The notes under the pieces: model-generated
What the model was told of the DNA's origin: nothing
What the model saw: only the letters and a program-made list of their open reading frames with translations
Database searches by the model: none
Made by a program: the position numbers and the translations under genes
Shown here: positions 45,781-60,700 of the stretch, piece by piece
Position numbering within the stretch: position 1 is the first letter of the stretch
How the letters are laid out: every line of letters begins with the position of its first letter
NCBI GenBank assembly: GCA_950097015.1
Contig: CATNEN010000025.1
Coordinates: 4,588,001 to 4,652,000 of the forward strand
Length of the DNA: 64,000 nucleotides
From: Macrostomum hystrix
Taxonomy: Eukaryota > Animalia > Platyhelminthes
Direction: 5' to 3'

Positions 45781-48700
45781 TTCTCATCTGGGACTTTCTC
45801 ATCTGGGACTTTCTCATCTGTGACTTTCTCATCTGTGACTTTCTCATCTGGGACTTTCTCATCTGGGACTTTCTCATCTGGGACTTTCTCATCTGGGACT
45901 TTCTCATCTGGGACTTTCTCATCTGGGACTTTCTCATCTGGGACTTTCTCATCTAAAACTTTCTCATCTGGGACTTTCTCATCTGGGACTTTCTCATCTG
46001 GGACTTTCTCATCTGGGACTTTCTTATCTGTGAGTTTCTCATCTGGGACTTTCTCATCTGGGACTTTCTCATCTGGGACTTTCTCATCTGGGAGTTTCTC
46101 ATCTGAGACTTTCTTATCTGCGAGTTTCTCATCTGTGACTTTCTCATCTGAAACTTTCTCATCTGAGACTTTCTCATCTGGGACTTTCTCATCTGAGACT
46201 TTCTCATCTGTGACTTTCTCATCTGTGACTTTCTCATCTGTGACTTTCTCATCTGGGACTTTCTCATCTGGGACTTTCTCATCTGGGACTTTCTCATCTG
46301 GGACTTTCTCATCTGAGACTTTCTCATCTGTGACTTTCTCATCTGGGACTTTCTCATCTGGGACTTTCTCATCTGGGACTTTCTCATCTGGGACTTTCTC
46401 ATCTGGGACTTTCTCATCTGAGACTTTCTCATCTGTGACTTTCTTATCTTAAACTTTCTCATCTGTGACTTTCTCATCTGGGACTTTCTCATCTGGGACT
46501 TTCTCATCTGGGACTTTCTCATCTGGGACTTTCTCATCTGGGACTTTCTCATCTGGGACTTTCTCATCTGGGACTTTCTCATCTGGGACTTTCTCATCTG
46601 GGACTTTCTCATCTGGGACTTTCTCATCTGTGACTTTCTCATCTGAGACTTTCTCATCTGGGACTTTCTCATCTGTGACTTTCTCATCTGGGACTTTCTC
46701 ATCTGGGACTTTCTCATCTGGGACTTTCTCATCTGGGACTTTCTCATCTGGGACTTTCTCATCTGGGACTTTCTCATCTGAGACTTTCTCATCTGAAACT
46801 TTCTCATCTGGGACTTTCTCATCTGGGACTTTCTCATCTGAGACTTTCTCATCTGTGACTTTCTCATCTGGGACTTTCTCATCTGGGACTTTCTCATCTG
46901 TGACTTTCTCATCTGAAACTTTCTCATCTGAGACTTTCTCATCTGGGACTTTCTCATCTGAGACTTTCTCATCTGTGACTTTCTCATCTGTGACTTTCTC
47001 ATCTGTGACTTTCTCATCTGGGACTTTCTCATCTGGGACTTTCTCATCTGGGACTTTCTCATCTGGGACTTTCTCATCTGAGACTTTCTCATCTGTGACT
47101 TTCTCATCTGGGACTTTCTCATCTGGGACTTTCTCATCTGGGACTTTCTCATCTGGGACTTTCTCATCTGGGACTTTCTCATCTGAGACTTTCTCATCTG
47201 TGACTTTCTTATCTTAAACTTTCTCATCTGTGACTTTCTCATCTGGGACTTTCTCATCTGGGACTTTCTCATCTGGGACTTTCTCATCTGGGACTTTCTC
47301 ATCTGGGACTTTCTCATCTGAGACTTTCTCATCTGTGACTTTCTCATCTGGGACTTTCTCATCTGAAACTTTCTCATCTAAAACTTTCTCATCTGGGACT
47401 TTCTCATCTGGGACTTTCTCATCTGGGACTTTCTCATCTGGGACTTTCTCATCTGAGACTTTCTCATCTGGGACTTTCTCATCTGGGACTTTCTCATCTG
47501 AGACTTTCTCACCTGTGACTTTCTCATCTGTGACTTTCTCATCTGTGACTTTCTCATCTGGGACTTTCTCATCTGGGACTTTCTCATCTGGGACTTTCTC
47601 ATCTGGGACTTTCTCATCTGGGACTTTCTCATCTGGGACTTTCTCATCTGGGACTTTCTCATCTGGGACTTTCTCATCTGGGACTTTCTCATCTGGGACT
47701 TTCTCATCTGGGACTTTCTCATCTGAAACTTTCTCATCTGGGACTTTCTCATCTGGGACTTTCTCATCTGGGACTTTCTCATCTGGGACTTTCTCATCTG
47801 AGACTTTCTCATCTGGGACTTTCTCATCTGAAACTTTCTCATCTGGGACTTTCTCATCTGTGACTTTCTCATCTGAGACTTTCTCATCTGAGACTTTCTC
47901 ATCTGGGACTTTCTCATCTGAAACTTTCTCATCTGGGACTTTCTCATCTGTGACTTTCTCATCTGAAACTTTCTCATCTGAGACTTTCTCCTCTGGGACT
48001 TTCTCATCTGGGACTTTCTCATCTGAAACTTTCTCATCTGAGACTTTCTCATCTGAGACTTTCTCATCTGAAACTTTCTCATCTGGGACTTTCTCATCTG
48101 TGACTTTCTCATCTGAGACTTTCTCATCTGGGACTTTCTCATCTAAAACTTTCTCATCTGGGACTTTCTCATCTAAAACTTTCTCATCTGGGACTTTCTC
48201 ATCTAAAACTTTCTCATCTGGGACTTTCTCATCTGGGACTTTCTCATCTGGGACTTTCTCATCTAAAACTTTCTCATCTGGGACTTTCTCATCTAAAACT
48301 TTCTCATCTGGGACTTTCTCATCTAAAACTTTCTCATCTGGGACTTTCTCATCTGGGACTTTCTCATCTGGGACTTTCTCATCTGAGACTTTCTCATCTG
48401 GGACTTTCTCATCTGGGACTTTCTCATCTGGGACTTTCTCATCTGGGACTTTCTCATCTGAGACTTTCTCATCTGTGACTTTCTCATCTGGGACTTTCTC
48501 ATCTGGGACTTTCTCATCTGGGACTTTCTCATCTGGGACTTTCTCATCTGGGACTTTCTCATCTGGGACTTTCTCATCTGGGACTTTCTCATCTGAGACT
48601 TTCTCATCTGTGACTTTCTCATCTGGGACTTTCTCATCTGGGACTTTCTCATCTGGGACTTTCTCATCTGGGACTTTCTCATCTGGGACTTTCTCATCTG

Positions 48701-51700
48701 AGACTTTCTCATCTGTGACTTTCTCATCTGTGACTTTCTCATCTGTCACTTTCTCATCTGAGACTTTCTCATCTGGGACTTTCTCATCTGTGACTTTCTC
48801 ATCTGAGACTTTCTCATCTGGGACTTTCTCATCTGGGACTTTCTCATCTGGGACTTTCTCATCTGAGACTTTCTCATCTGAGACTTTCTCATCTGGGACT
48901 TTCTCATCTGGGACTTTCTCATCTGGGACTTTCTCATCTGAGACTTTCTCATCTGAGACTTTCTCATCTGAGACTTTCTCATCTGAGACTTTCTCATCTG
49001 GGACTTTCTCATCTGGGACTTTCTCATCTGTGACTTTCTCATCTGAGACTTTCTCATCTGAGACTTTCTCATCTGGGACTTTCTCATCTTGGACTTTCTC
49101 ATCTGAGACTTTCTCATCTGAGACTTTCTCATCTGGGACTTTCTCATCTGAAACTTTCTCATCTGGGACTTTCTCATCTGTGACTTTCTCATCTGAAACT
49201 TTCTCATCTGTGACTTTCTCATCTGGGACTTTCTCATCTGTGACTTTCTCATCTGAGACTTTCTCATCTGAGACTTTCTCATCTGGGACTTTCTCATCTG
49301 AAACTTTCTCATCTGGGACTTTCTCATCTGTGACTTTCTCATCTGAAACTTTCTCATCTGGGACTTTCTCCTCTGGGACTTTCTCATCTGGGACTTTCTC
49401 ATCTGAAACTTTCTCATCTGAGACTTTCTCATCTGAGACTTTCTCATCTGAAACTTTCTCATCTGGGACTTTCTCATCTGTGACTTTCTCATCTGAGACT
49501 TTCTCATCTGGGACTTTCTCATCTAAAACTTTCTCATCTGGGACTTTCTCATCTAAAACTTTCTCATCTGGGACTTTCTCATCTAAAACTTTCTCATCTG
49601 GGACTTTCTCATCTGGGACTTTCTCATCTGGGACTTTCTCATCTAAAACTTTCTCATCTGGGACTTTCTCATCTAAAACTTTCTCATCTGGGACTTTCTC
49701 ATCTAAAACTTTCTCATCTGGGACTTTCTCATCTGGGACTTTCTCATCTGGGACTTTCTCATCTGAGACTTTCTCATCTGGGACTTTCTCATCTGAGACT
49801 TTCTCATCTGGGACTTTCTCATCTGAGACTTTCTCATCTGAAACTTTCTCATCTGGGACTTTCTCATCTGGGACTTTCTCATCTAAAACTTTCTCATCTG
49901 GGACTTTCTCATCTAAAACTTTCTCATCTGGGACTTTCTCATCTAAAACTTTCTCATCTGGGACTTTCTCATCTGGGACTTTCTCATCTGGGACTTTCTC
50001 ATCTGGGACTTTCTCATCTAAAACTTTCTCATCTGGGACTTTCTCATCTGTGACTTTCTCATCTGGGACTTTCTCATCTAAAACTTTCTCATCTGGGACT
50101 TTCTCATCTGGGACTTTCTCATCTAAAACTTTCTCATCTGGGACTTTCTCATCTGGGACTTTCTCATCTGAAACTTTCTCATCTGGGACTTTCTCATCTG
50201 AGACTTTCTCATCTGAGACTTTCTCATCTGAGACTTTCTCATCTGGGACTTTCTCCTCTGGGACTTTCTCATCTGGGACTTTCTCATCTGGGACTTTCTC
50301 ATCTGGGACTTTCTCATCTGAGACTTTCTCATCTGAGACTTTCTCATCTGAGACTTTCTCATCTGGGACTTTCTCATCTGAGACTTTCTCATCTGAGACT
50401 TTCTCATCTGGGACTTTCTCATCTGGGACTTTCTCATCTGTGACTTTCTCATCTGGGACTTTCTCATCTGGGACTTTCTCATCTGTGACTTTCTCATCTG
50501 GGACTTTCTCATCTGGGACTTTCTCATCTGAGACTTTCTCATCTGTGACTTTCTCATCTGAGACTTTCTCATCTGAAACTTTCTCATCTGGGACTTTCTC
50601 ATCTGGGACTTTCTCATCTGAGACTTTCTCATCTGTGACTTTCTCATCTGAGACTTTCTCATCTGAAACTTTCTCATCTGGGACTTTCTCATCTGGGACT
50701 TTCTCATCTGAGACTTTCTTATCTGTGACTTTCTTATCTGAGACTTTCTCATCTGGGACTTTCTCATCTGGGACTTTCTTATCTGTGACTTTCTCATCTG
50801 AGACTTTCTCATCTGGGACTTTCTCATCTGTGACTTTCTCATCTGAGACTTTCTCCTCTGGGAGTTTCTCATCTGAGACTTTCTCATCTGTGACTTTCTT
50901 ATCTGAGACTTTCTCATCTGTGACTTTCTTATCTGAGACTTTCTTCTCTGGGAGTTTCTCATCTGAGACTTTCTTATCTGTGAGTTTCTCATCTGAGACT
51001 TTCTCATCTGTGACTTTCTTATCTGAGACTTTCTCCTCTGGGAGTTTCTCATCTGAGACTTTCTTATCTGTGACTTTCTCATCTGTGACTTTCTCATCTG
51101 AGACTTTCTCATCTGTGACTTTCTCATCTGTGACTTTCTCATCTGAGACTTTCTCATCTGTGACTTTCTCATCTGAGACTTTCTCATCTGTGACTTTCTC
51201 ATCTGTGACTTTCTCATCTGAGACTTTCACATCTGAGACTTTCTCATCTGAGCATTTCTCATCTGAGACTTTCTCATCTGAGCATTTCACATCTGAGACT
51301 TTCACATCTGAGCATTTCTCATCTGAGACTTTCTCATCTGTGACTTTCTCATCTGTGACTTTCTCATCTGGGACTTTCTCATCTGGGACTTTCTCATCTG
51401 GGACTTTCTCATCTGAGACTTTCTCATCTGGGACTTTCTCATCTGAAACTTTCTCATCTGGGACTTTCTCATCTGGGACTTTCTCATCTGGGACTTTCTC
51501 ATCTGGGACTTTCTCATCTGGGACTTTCTCATCTGGGACTTTCTCATCTGGGACTTTCTCATCTGAGACTTTCTCATCTGGGACTTTCTCATCTGGGACT
51601 TTCTCATCTGAGACTTTCTCATCTGGGACTTTCTCATCTGAAACTTTCTCATCTGGGACTTTCTCATCTGGGACTTTCTCATCTGAAACTTTCTCATCTG

Positions 51701-54700
51701 GGACTTTCTCATCTGGGACTTTCTCATCTGGGACTTTCTCATCTGGGACTTTCTCATCTGGGACTTTCTCATCTGGGACTTTCTCATCTGGGACTTTCTC
51801 ATCTGGGACTTTCTCATCTGGGACTTTCTCATCTGGGACTTTCTCATCTGAGACTTTCTCATCTGGGACTTTCTCATCTGAAACTTTCTCATCTGGGACT
51901 TTCTCATCTGGGACTTTCTCATCTGAAACTTTCTCATCTGGGACTTTCTCATCTGGGACTTTCTCATCTGGGACTTTCTCATCTGGGACTTTCTCATCTG
52001 GGACTTTCTCATCTGGGACTTTCTCATCTGGGACTTTCTCATCTGAGACTTTCTCATCTGGGACTTTCTCATCTGAAACTTTCTCATCTGGGACTTTCTC
52101 ATCTGTGACTTTCTCATCTGAGACTTTCTCATCTGAGACTTTCTCATCTGGGACTTTCTCATCTGAAACTTTCTCATCTGAGACTTTCTCATCTGTGACT
52201 TTCTCATCTGAAACTTTCTCATCTGGGACTTTCTCCTCTGGGACTTTCTCATCTGGGACTTTCTCATCTGGGACTTTCTCATCTGGGACTTTCTCATCTG
52301 AAACTTTCTCATCTGAGACTTTCTCATCTGAGACTTTCTCATCTGAAACTTTCTCATCTGGGACTTTCTCATCTGTGACTTTCTCATCTGAGACTTTCTC
52401 ATCTGGGACTTTCTCATCTAAAACTTTCTCATCTGGGACTTTCTCATCTAAAACTTTCTCATCTGGGACTTTCTCATCTAAAACTTTCTCATCTGGGACT
52501 TTCTCATCTGGGACTTTCTCATCTGGGACTTTCTCATCTAAAACTTTCTCATCTGGGACTTTCTCATCTAAAACTTTCTCATCTGGGACTTTCTCATCTA
52601 AAACTTTCTCATCTGGGACTTTCTCATCTGGGACTTTCTCATCTGGGACTTTCTCATCTGAGACTTTCTCATCTGGGACTTTCTCATCTGAGACTTTCTC
52701 ATCTGGGACTTTCTCATCTGGGACTTTCTCATCTGGGACTTTCTCATCTGAGACTTTCTCATCTGTGACTTTCTCATCTGGGACTTTCTCATCTGGGACT
52801 TTCTCATCTGGGACTTTCTCATCTGGGACTTTCTCATCTGGGACTTTCTCATCTGAGACTTTCTCATCTGTGACTTTCTCATCTGTGACTTTCTCATCTG
52901 TGACTTTCTCATCTGAGACTTTCTCATCTGGGACTTTCTCATCTGTGACTTTCTCATCTGAGACTTTCTCATCTGGGACTTTCTCATCTGGGACTTTCTC
53001 ATCTGGGACTTTCTCATCTGAGACTTTCTCATCTGAGACTTTCTCATCTGGGACTTTCTCATCTGGGACTTTCTCATCTGGGACTTTCTCATCTGAGACT
53101 TTCTCATCTGAGACTTTCTCATCTGAGACTTTCTCATCTGAGACTTTCTCATCTGGGACTTTCTCATCTGGGACTTTCTCATCTGTGACTTTCTCATCTG
53201 AGACTTTCTCATCTGAGACTTTCTCATCTGGGACTTTCTCATCTTGGACTTTCTCATCTGAGACTTTCTCATCTGAGACTTTCTCATCTGGGACTTTCTC
53301 ATCTGAAACTTTCTCATCTGGGACTTTCTCATCTGTGACTTTCTCATCTGAAACTTTCTCATCTGTGACTTTCTCATCTGGGACTTTCTCATCTGTGACT
53401 TTCTCATCTGAGACTTTCTCATCTGAGACTTTCTCATCTGGGACTTTCTCATCTGAAACTTTCTCATCTGGGACTTTCTCATCTGTGACTTTCTCATCTG
53501 AGACTTTCTCATCTGAGACTTTCTCATCTGAGACTTTCTCATCTGGGAGTTTCTCATCTGAAACTTTCTCATCTGGGACTTTCTCCTCTGGGACTTTCTC
53601 ATCTGGGACTTTCTCATCTGAAACTTTCTCATCTGAGACTTTCTCATCTGAGACTTTCTCATCTGAAACTTTCTCATCTGGGACTTTCTCATCTGTGACT
53701 TTCTCATCTGAGACTTTCTCATCTGGGACTTTCTCATCTAAAACTTTCTCATCTGGGACTTTCTCATCTAAAACTTTCTCATCTGGGACTTTCTCATCTA
53801 AAACTTTCTCATCTGGGACTTTCTCATCTGGGACTTTCTCATCTGGGACTTTCTCATCTAAAACTTTCTCATCTGGGACTTTCTCATCTAAAACTTTCTC
53901 ATCTGGGACTTTCTCATCTAAAACTTTCTCATCTGGGACTTTCTCATCTGGGACTTTCTCATCTGGGACTTTCTCATCTGAGACTTTCTCATCTGGGACT
54001 TTCTCATCTGAGACTTTCTCATCTGGGACTTTCTCATCTGAGACTTTCTCATCTGAAACTTTCTCATCTGGGACTTTCTCATCTGGGACTTTCTCATCTG
54101 GGACTTTCTCATCTAAAACTTTCTCATCTGGGACTTTCTCATCTAAAACTTTCTCATCTGGGACTTTCTCATCTAAAACTTTCTCATCTGGGACTTTCTC
54201 ATCTGGGACTTTCTCATCTGGGACTTTCTCATCTGGGACTTTCTCATCTAAAACTTTCTCATCTGGGACTTTCTCATCTGTGACTTTCTCATCTGGGACT
54301 TTCTCATCTAAAACTTTCTCATCTGGGACTTTCTCATCTGGGACTTTCTCATCTAAAACTTTCTCATCTGGGACTTTCTCATCTGGGACTTTCTCATCTG
54401 AAACTTTCTCATCTGGGACTTTCTCATCTGAGACTTTCTCATCTGAGACTTTCTCATCTGAGACTTTCTCATCTGGGACTTTCTCCTCTGGGACTTTCTC
54501 ATCTGGGACTTTCTCATCTGGGACTTTCTCATCTGGGACTTTCTCATCTGAGACTTTCTCATCTGAGACTTTCTCATCTGGGACTTTCTCATCTGGGACT
54601 TTCTCATCTGGGACTTTCTCATCTGGGACTTTCTCATCTGGGACTTTCTCATCTGGGACTTTCTCATCTGGGACTTTCTCATCTGGGACTTTCTCATCTG

Positions 54701-57700
54701 GGACTTTCTCATCTGGGACTTTCTCATCTGGGACTTTCTCATCTGGGACTTTCTCATCTGAAACTTTCTCATCTGGGACTTTCTCATCTGGGACTTTCTC
54801 ATCTGGGACTTTCTCATCTGGGACTTTCTCATCTGAGACTTTCTCATCTGGGACTTTCTCATCTGAAACTTTCTCATCTGGGACTTTCTCATCTGTGACT
54901 TTCTCATCTGAGACTTTCTCATCTGAGACTTTCTCATCTGGGACTTTCTCATCTGAAACTTTCTCATCTGGGACTTTCTCATCTGTGACTTTCTCATCTG
55001 AAACTTTCTCATCTGAGACTTTCTCCTCTGGGACTTTCTCATCTGGGACTTTCTCATCTGGGACTTTCTCATCTGGGACTTTCTCATCTGGGACTTTCTC
55101 ATCTGGGACTTTCTCATCTGTGACTTTCTCATCTGAGACTTTCTCATCTGGGACTTTCTCATCTGTGACTTTCTCATCTGGGACTTTCTCATCTGGGACT
55201 TTCTCATCTGGGACTTTCTCATCTGGGACTTTCTCATCTGGGACTTTCTCATCTGGGACTTTCTCATCTGAGACTTTCTCATCTGAAACTTTCTCATCTG
55301 GGACTTTCTCATCTGGGACTTTCTCATCTGAGACTTTCTCATCTGTGACTTTCTCATCTGGGACTTTCTCATCTGGGACTTTCTCATCTGTGACTTTCTC
55401 ATCTGAAACTTTCTCATCTGAGACTTTCTCATCTGGGACTTTCTCATCTGAGACTTTCTCATCTGTGACTTTCTCATCTGTGACTTTCTCATCTGTGACT
55501 TTCTCATCTGGGACTTTCTCATCTGGGACTTTCTCATCTGGGACTTTCTCATCTGGGACTTTCTCATCTGAGACTTTCTCATCTGTGACTTTCTCATCTG
55601 GGACTTTCTCATCTGGGACTTTCTCATCTGGGACTTTCTCATCTGGGACTTTCTCATCTGGGACTTTCTCATCTGAGACTTTCTCATCTGTGACTTTCTT
55701 ATCTTAAACTTTCTCATCTGTGACTTTCTCATCTGGGACTTTCTCATCTGGGACTTTCTCATCTGGGACTTTCTCATCTGGGACTTTCTCATCTGGGACT
55801 TTCTCATCTGGGACTTTCTCATCTGGGACTTTCTCATCTGGGACTTTCTCATCTGGGACTTTCTCATCTGGGACTTTCTCATCTGTGACTTTCTCATCTG
55901 AGACTTTCTCATCTGGGACTTTCTCATCTGTGACTTTCTCATCTGGGACTTTCTCATCTGGGACTTTCTCATCTGGGACTTTCTCATCTGGGACTTTCTC
56001 ATCTGGGACTTTCTCATCTGGGACTTTCTCATCTGAGACTTTCTCATCTGAAACTTTCTCATCTGGGACTTTCTCATCTGGGACTTTCTCATCTGAGACT
56101 TTCTCATCTGTGACTTTCTCATCTGGGACTTTCTCATCTGGGACTTTCTCATCTGTGACTTTCTCATCTGAAACTTTCTCATCTGAGACTTTCTCATCTG
56201 GGACTTTCTCATCTGAGACTTTCTCATCTGTGACTTTCTCATCTGTGACTTTCTCATCTGTGACTTTCTCATCTGGGACTTTCTCATCTGGGACTTTCTC
56301 ATCTGGGACTTTCTCATCTGGGACTTTCTCATCTGAGACTTTCTCATCTGTGACTTTCTCATCTGGGACTTTCTCATCTGGGACTTTCTCATCTGGGACT
56401 TTCTCATCTGGGACTTTCTCATCTGGGACTTTCTCATCTGAGACTTTCTCATCTGTGACTTTCTTATCTTAAACTTTCTCATCTGTGACTTTCTCATCTG
56501 GGACTTTCTCATCTGGGACTTTCTCATCTGGGACTTTCTCATCTGGGACTTTCTCATCTGGGACTTTCTCATCTGAGACTTTCTCATCTGTGACTTTCTC
56601 ATCTGGGACTTTCTCATCTGAAACTTTCTCATCTAAAACTTTCTCATCTGGGACTTTCTCATCTGGGACTTTCTCATCTGGGACTTTCTCATCTGGGACT
56701 TTCTCATCTGAGACTTTCTCATCTGGGACTTTCTCATCTGGGACTTTCTCATCTGAGACTTTCTCACCTGTGACTTTCTCATCTGTGACTTTCTCATCTG
56801 TGACTTTCTCATCTGGGACTTTCTCATCTGGGACTTTCTCATCTGGGACTTTCTCATCTGGGACTTTCTCATCTGGGACTTTCTCATCTGGGACTTTCTC
56901 ATCTGGGACTTTCTCATCTGGGACTTTCTCATCTGGGACTTTCTCATCTGGGACTTTCTCATCTGGGACTTTCTCATCTGAAACTTTCTCATCTGGGACT
57001 TTCTCATCTGGGACTTTCTCATCTGGGACTTTCTCATCTGGGACTTTCTCATCTGAGACTTTCTCATCTGGGACTTTCTCATCTGAAACTTTCTCATCTG
57101 GGACTTTCTCATCTGTGACTTTCTCATCTGAGACTTTCTCATCTGAGACTTTCTCATCTGGGACTTTCTCATCTGAAACTTTCTCATCTGGGACTTTCTC
57201 ATCTGTGACTTTCTCATCTGAAACTTTCTCATCTGAGACTTTCTCCTCTGGGACTTTCTCATCTGGGACTTTCTCATCTGAAACTTTCTCATCTGAGACT
57301 TTCTCATCTGAGACTTTCTCATCTGAAACTTTCTCATCTGGGACTTTCTCATCTGTGACTTTCTCATCTGAGACTTTCTCATCTGGGACTTTCTCATCTA
57401 AAACTTTCTCATCTGGGACTTTCTCATCTAAAACTTTCTCATCTGGGACTTTCTCATCTAAAACTTTCTCATCTGGGACTTTCTCATCTGGGACTTTCTC
57501 ATCTGGGACTTTCTCATCTAAAACTTTCTCATCTGGGACTTTCTCATCTAAAACTTTCTCATCTGGGACTTTCTCATCTAAAACTTTCTCATCTGGGACT
57601 TTCTCATCTGGGACTTTCTCATCTGGGACTTTCTCATCTGAGACTTTCTCATCTGGGACTTTCTCATCTGGGACTTTCTCATCTGGGACTTTCTCATCTG

Positions 57701-60700
57701 GGACTTTCTCATCTGAGACTTTCTCATCTGTGACTTTCTCATCTGGGACTTTCTCATCTGGGACTTTCTCATCTGGGACTTTCTCATCTGGGACTTTCTC
57801 ATCTGGGACTTTCTCATCTGGGACTTTCTCATCTGGGACTTTCTCATCTGAGACTTTCTCATCTGTGACTTTCTCATCTGGGACTTTCTCATCTGGGACT
57901 TTCTCATCTGGGACTTTCTCATCTGGGACTTTCTCATCTGGGACTTTCTCATCTGAGACTTTCTCATCTGTGACTTTCTCATCTGTGACTTTCTCATCTG
58001 TCACTTTCTCATCTGAGACTTTCTCATCTGGGACTTTCTCATCTGTGACTTTCTCATCTGAGACTTTCTCATCTGGGACTTTCTCATCTGGGACTTTCTC
58101 ATCTGGGACTTTCTCATCTGAGACTTTCTCATCTGAGACTTTCTCATCTGGGACTTTCTCATCTGGGACTTTCTCATCTGGGACTTTCTCATCTGAGACT
58201 TTCTCATCTGAGACTTTCTCATCTGAGACTTTCTCATCTGAGACTTTCTCATCTGGGACTTTCTCATCTGGGACTTTCTCATCTGTGACTTTCTCATCTG
58301 AGACTTTCTCATCTGAGACTTTCTCATCTGGGACTTTCTCATCTTGGACTTTCTCATCTGAGACTTTCTCATCTGAGACTTTCTCATCTGGGACTTTCTC
58401 ATCTGAAACTTTCTCATCTGGGACTTTCTCATCTGTGACTTTCTCATCTGAAACTTTCTCATCTGTGACTTTCTCATCTGGGACTTTCTCATCTGTGACT
58501 TTCTCATCTGAGACTTTCTCATCTGAGACTTTCTCATCTGGGACTTTCTCATCTGAAACTTTCTCATCTGGGACTTTCTCATCTGTGACTTTCTCATCTG
58601 AAACTTTCTCATCTGGGACTTTCTCCTCTGGGACTTTCTCATCTGGGACTTTCTCATCTGAAACTTTCTCATCTGAGACTTTCTCATCTGAGACTTTCTC
58701 ATCTGAAACTTTCTCATCTGGGACTTTCTCATCTGTGACTTTCTCATCTGAGACTTTCTCATCTGGGACTTTCTCATCTAAAACTTTCTCATCTGGGACT
58801 TTCTCATCTAAAACTTTCTCATCTGGGACTTTCTCATCTAAAACTTTCTCATCTGGGACTTTCTCATCTGGGACTTTCTCATCTGGGACTTTCTCATCTA
58901 AAACTTTCTCATCTGGGACTTTCTCATCTAAAACTTTCTCATCTGGGACTTTCTCATCTAAAACTTTCTCATCTGGGACTTTCTCATCTGGGACTTTCTC
59001 ATCTGGGACTTTCTCATCTGAGACTTTCTCATCTGGGACTTTCTCATCTGAGACTTTCTCATCTGGGACTTTCTCATCTGAGACTTTCTCATCTGAAACT
59101 TTCTCATCTGGGACTTTCTCATCTGGGACTTTCTCATCTAAAACTTTCTCATCTGGGACTTTCTCATCTAAAACTTTCTCATCTGGGACTTTCTCATCTA
59201 AAACTTTCTCATCTGGGACTTTCTCATCTGGGACTTTCTCATCTGGGACTTTCTCATCTGGGACTTTCTCATCTGAAACTTTCTCATCTGGGACTTTCTC
59301 ATCTGTGACTTTCTCATCTGGGACTTTCTCATCTAAAACTTTCTCATCTGGGACTTTCTCATCTGGGACTTTCTCATCTAAAACTTTCTCATCTGGGACT
59401 TTCTCATCTGGGACTTTCTCATCTGAAACTTTCTCATCTGGGACTTTCTCATCTGAGACTTTCTCATCTGAGACTTTCTCATCTGAGACTTTCTCATCTG
59501 GGACTTTCTCCTCTGGGACTTTCTCATCTGGGACTTTCTCATCTGGGACTTTCTCATCTGGGACTTTCTCATCTGAGACTTTCTCATCTGAGACTTTCTC
59601 ATCTGAGACTTTCTCATCTGGGACTTTCTCATCTGAGACTTTCTCATCTGAGACTTTCTCATCTGGGACTTTCTCATCTGGGACTTTCTCATCTGTGACT
59701 TTCTCATCTGGGACTTTCTCATCTGGGACTTTCTCATCTGTGACTTTCTCATCTGGGACTTTCTCATCTGGGACTTTCTCATCTGAGACTTTCTCATCTG
59801 TGACTTTCTCATCTGAGACTTTCTCATCTGAAACTTTCTCATCTGGGACTTTCTCATCTGGGACTTTCTCATCTGAGACTTTCTCATCTGTGACTTTCTC
59901 ATCTGAGACTTTCTCATCTGAAACTTTCTCATCTGGGACTTTCTCATCTGGGACTTTCTCATCTGAGACTTTCTTATCTGTGACTTTCTTATCTGAGACT
60001 TTCTCATCTGGGACTTTCTCATCTGGGACTTTCTTATCTGTGACTTTCTCATCTGAGACTTTCTCATCTGGGACTTTCTCATCTGTGACTTTCTCATCTG
60101 AGACTTTCTCCTCTGGGAGTTTCTCATCTGAGACTTTCTCATCTGTGACTTTCTTATCTGAGACTTTCTCATCTGTGACTTTCTTATCTGAGACTTTCTT
60201 CTCTGGGAGTTTCTCATCTGAGACTTTCTTATCTGTGAGTTTCTCATCTGAGACTTTCTCATCTGTGACTTTCTTATCTGAGACTTTCTCCTCTGGGAGT
60301 TTCTCATCTGAGACTTTCTTATCTGTGACTTTCTCATCTGTGACTTTCTCATCTGAGACTTTCTCATCTGTGACTTTCTCATCTGTGACTTTCTCATCTG
60401 AGACTTTCTCATCTGTGACTTTCTCATCTGAGACTTTCTCATCTGTGACTTTCTCATCTGTGACTTTCTCATCTGAGACTTTCACATCTGAGACTTTCTC
60501 ATCTGAGCATTTCTCATCTGAGACTTTCTCATCTGAGCATTTCACATCTGAGACTTTCACATCTGAGCATTTCTCATCTGAGACTTTCTCATCTGTGACT
60601 TTCTCATCTGTGACTTTCTCATCTGGGACTTTCTCATCTGGGACTTTCTCATCTGGGACTTTCTCATCTGAGACTTTCTCATCTGGGACTTTCTCATCTG

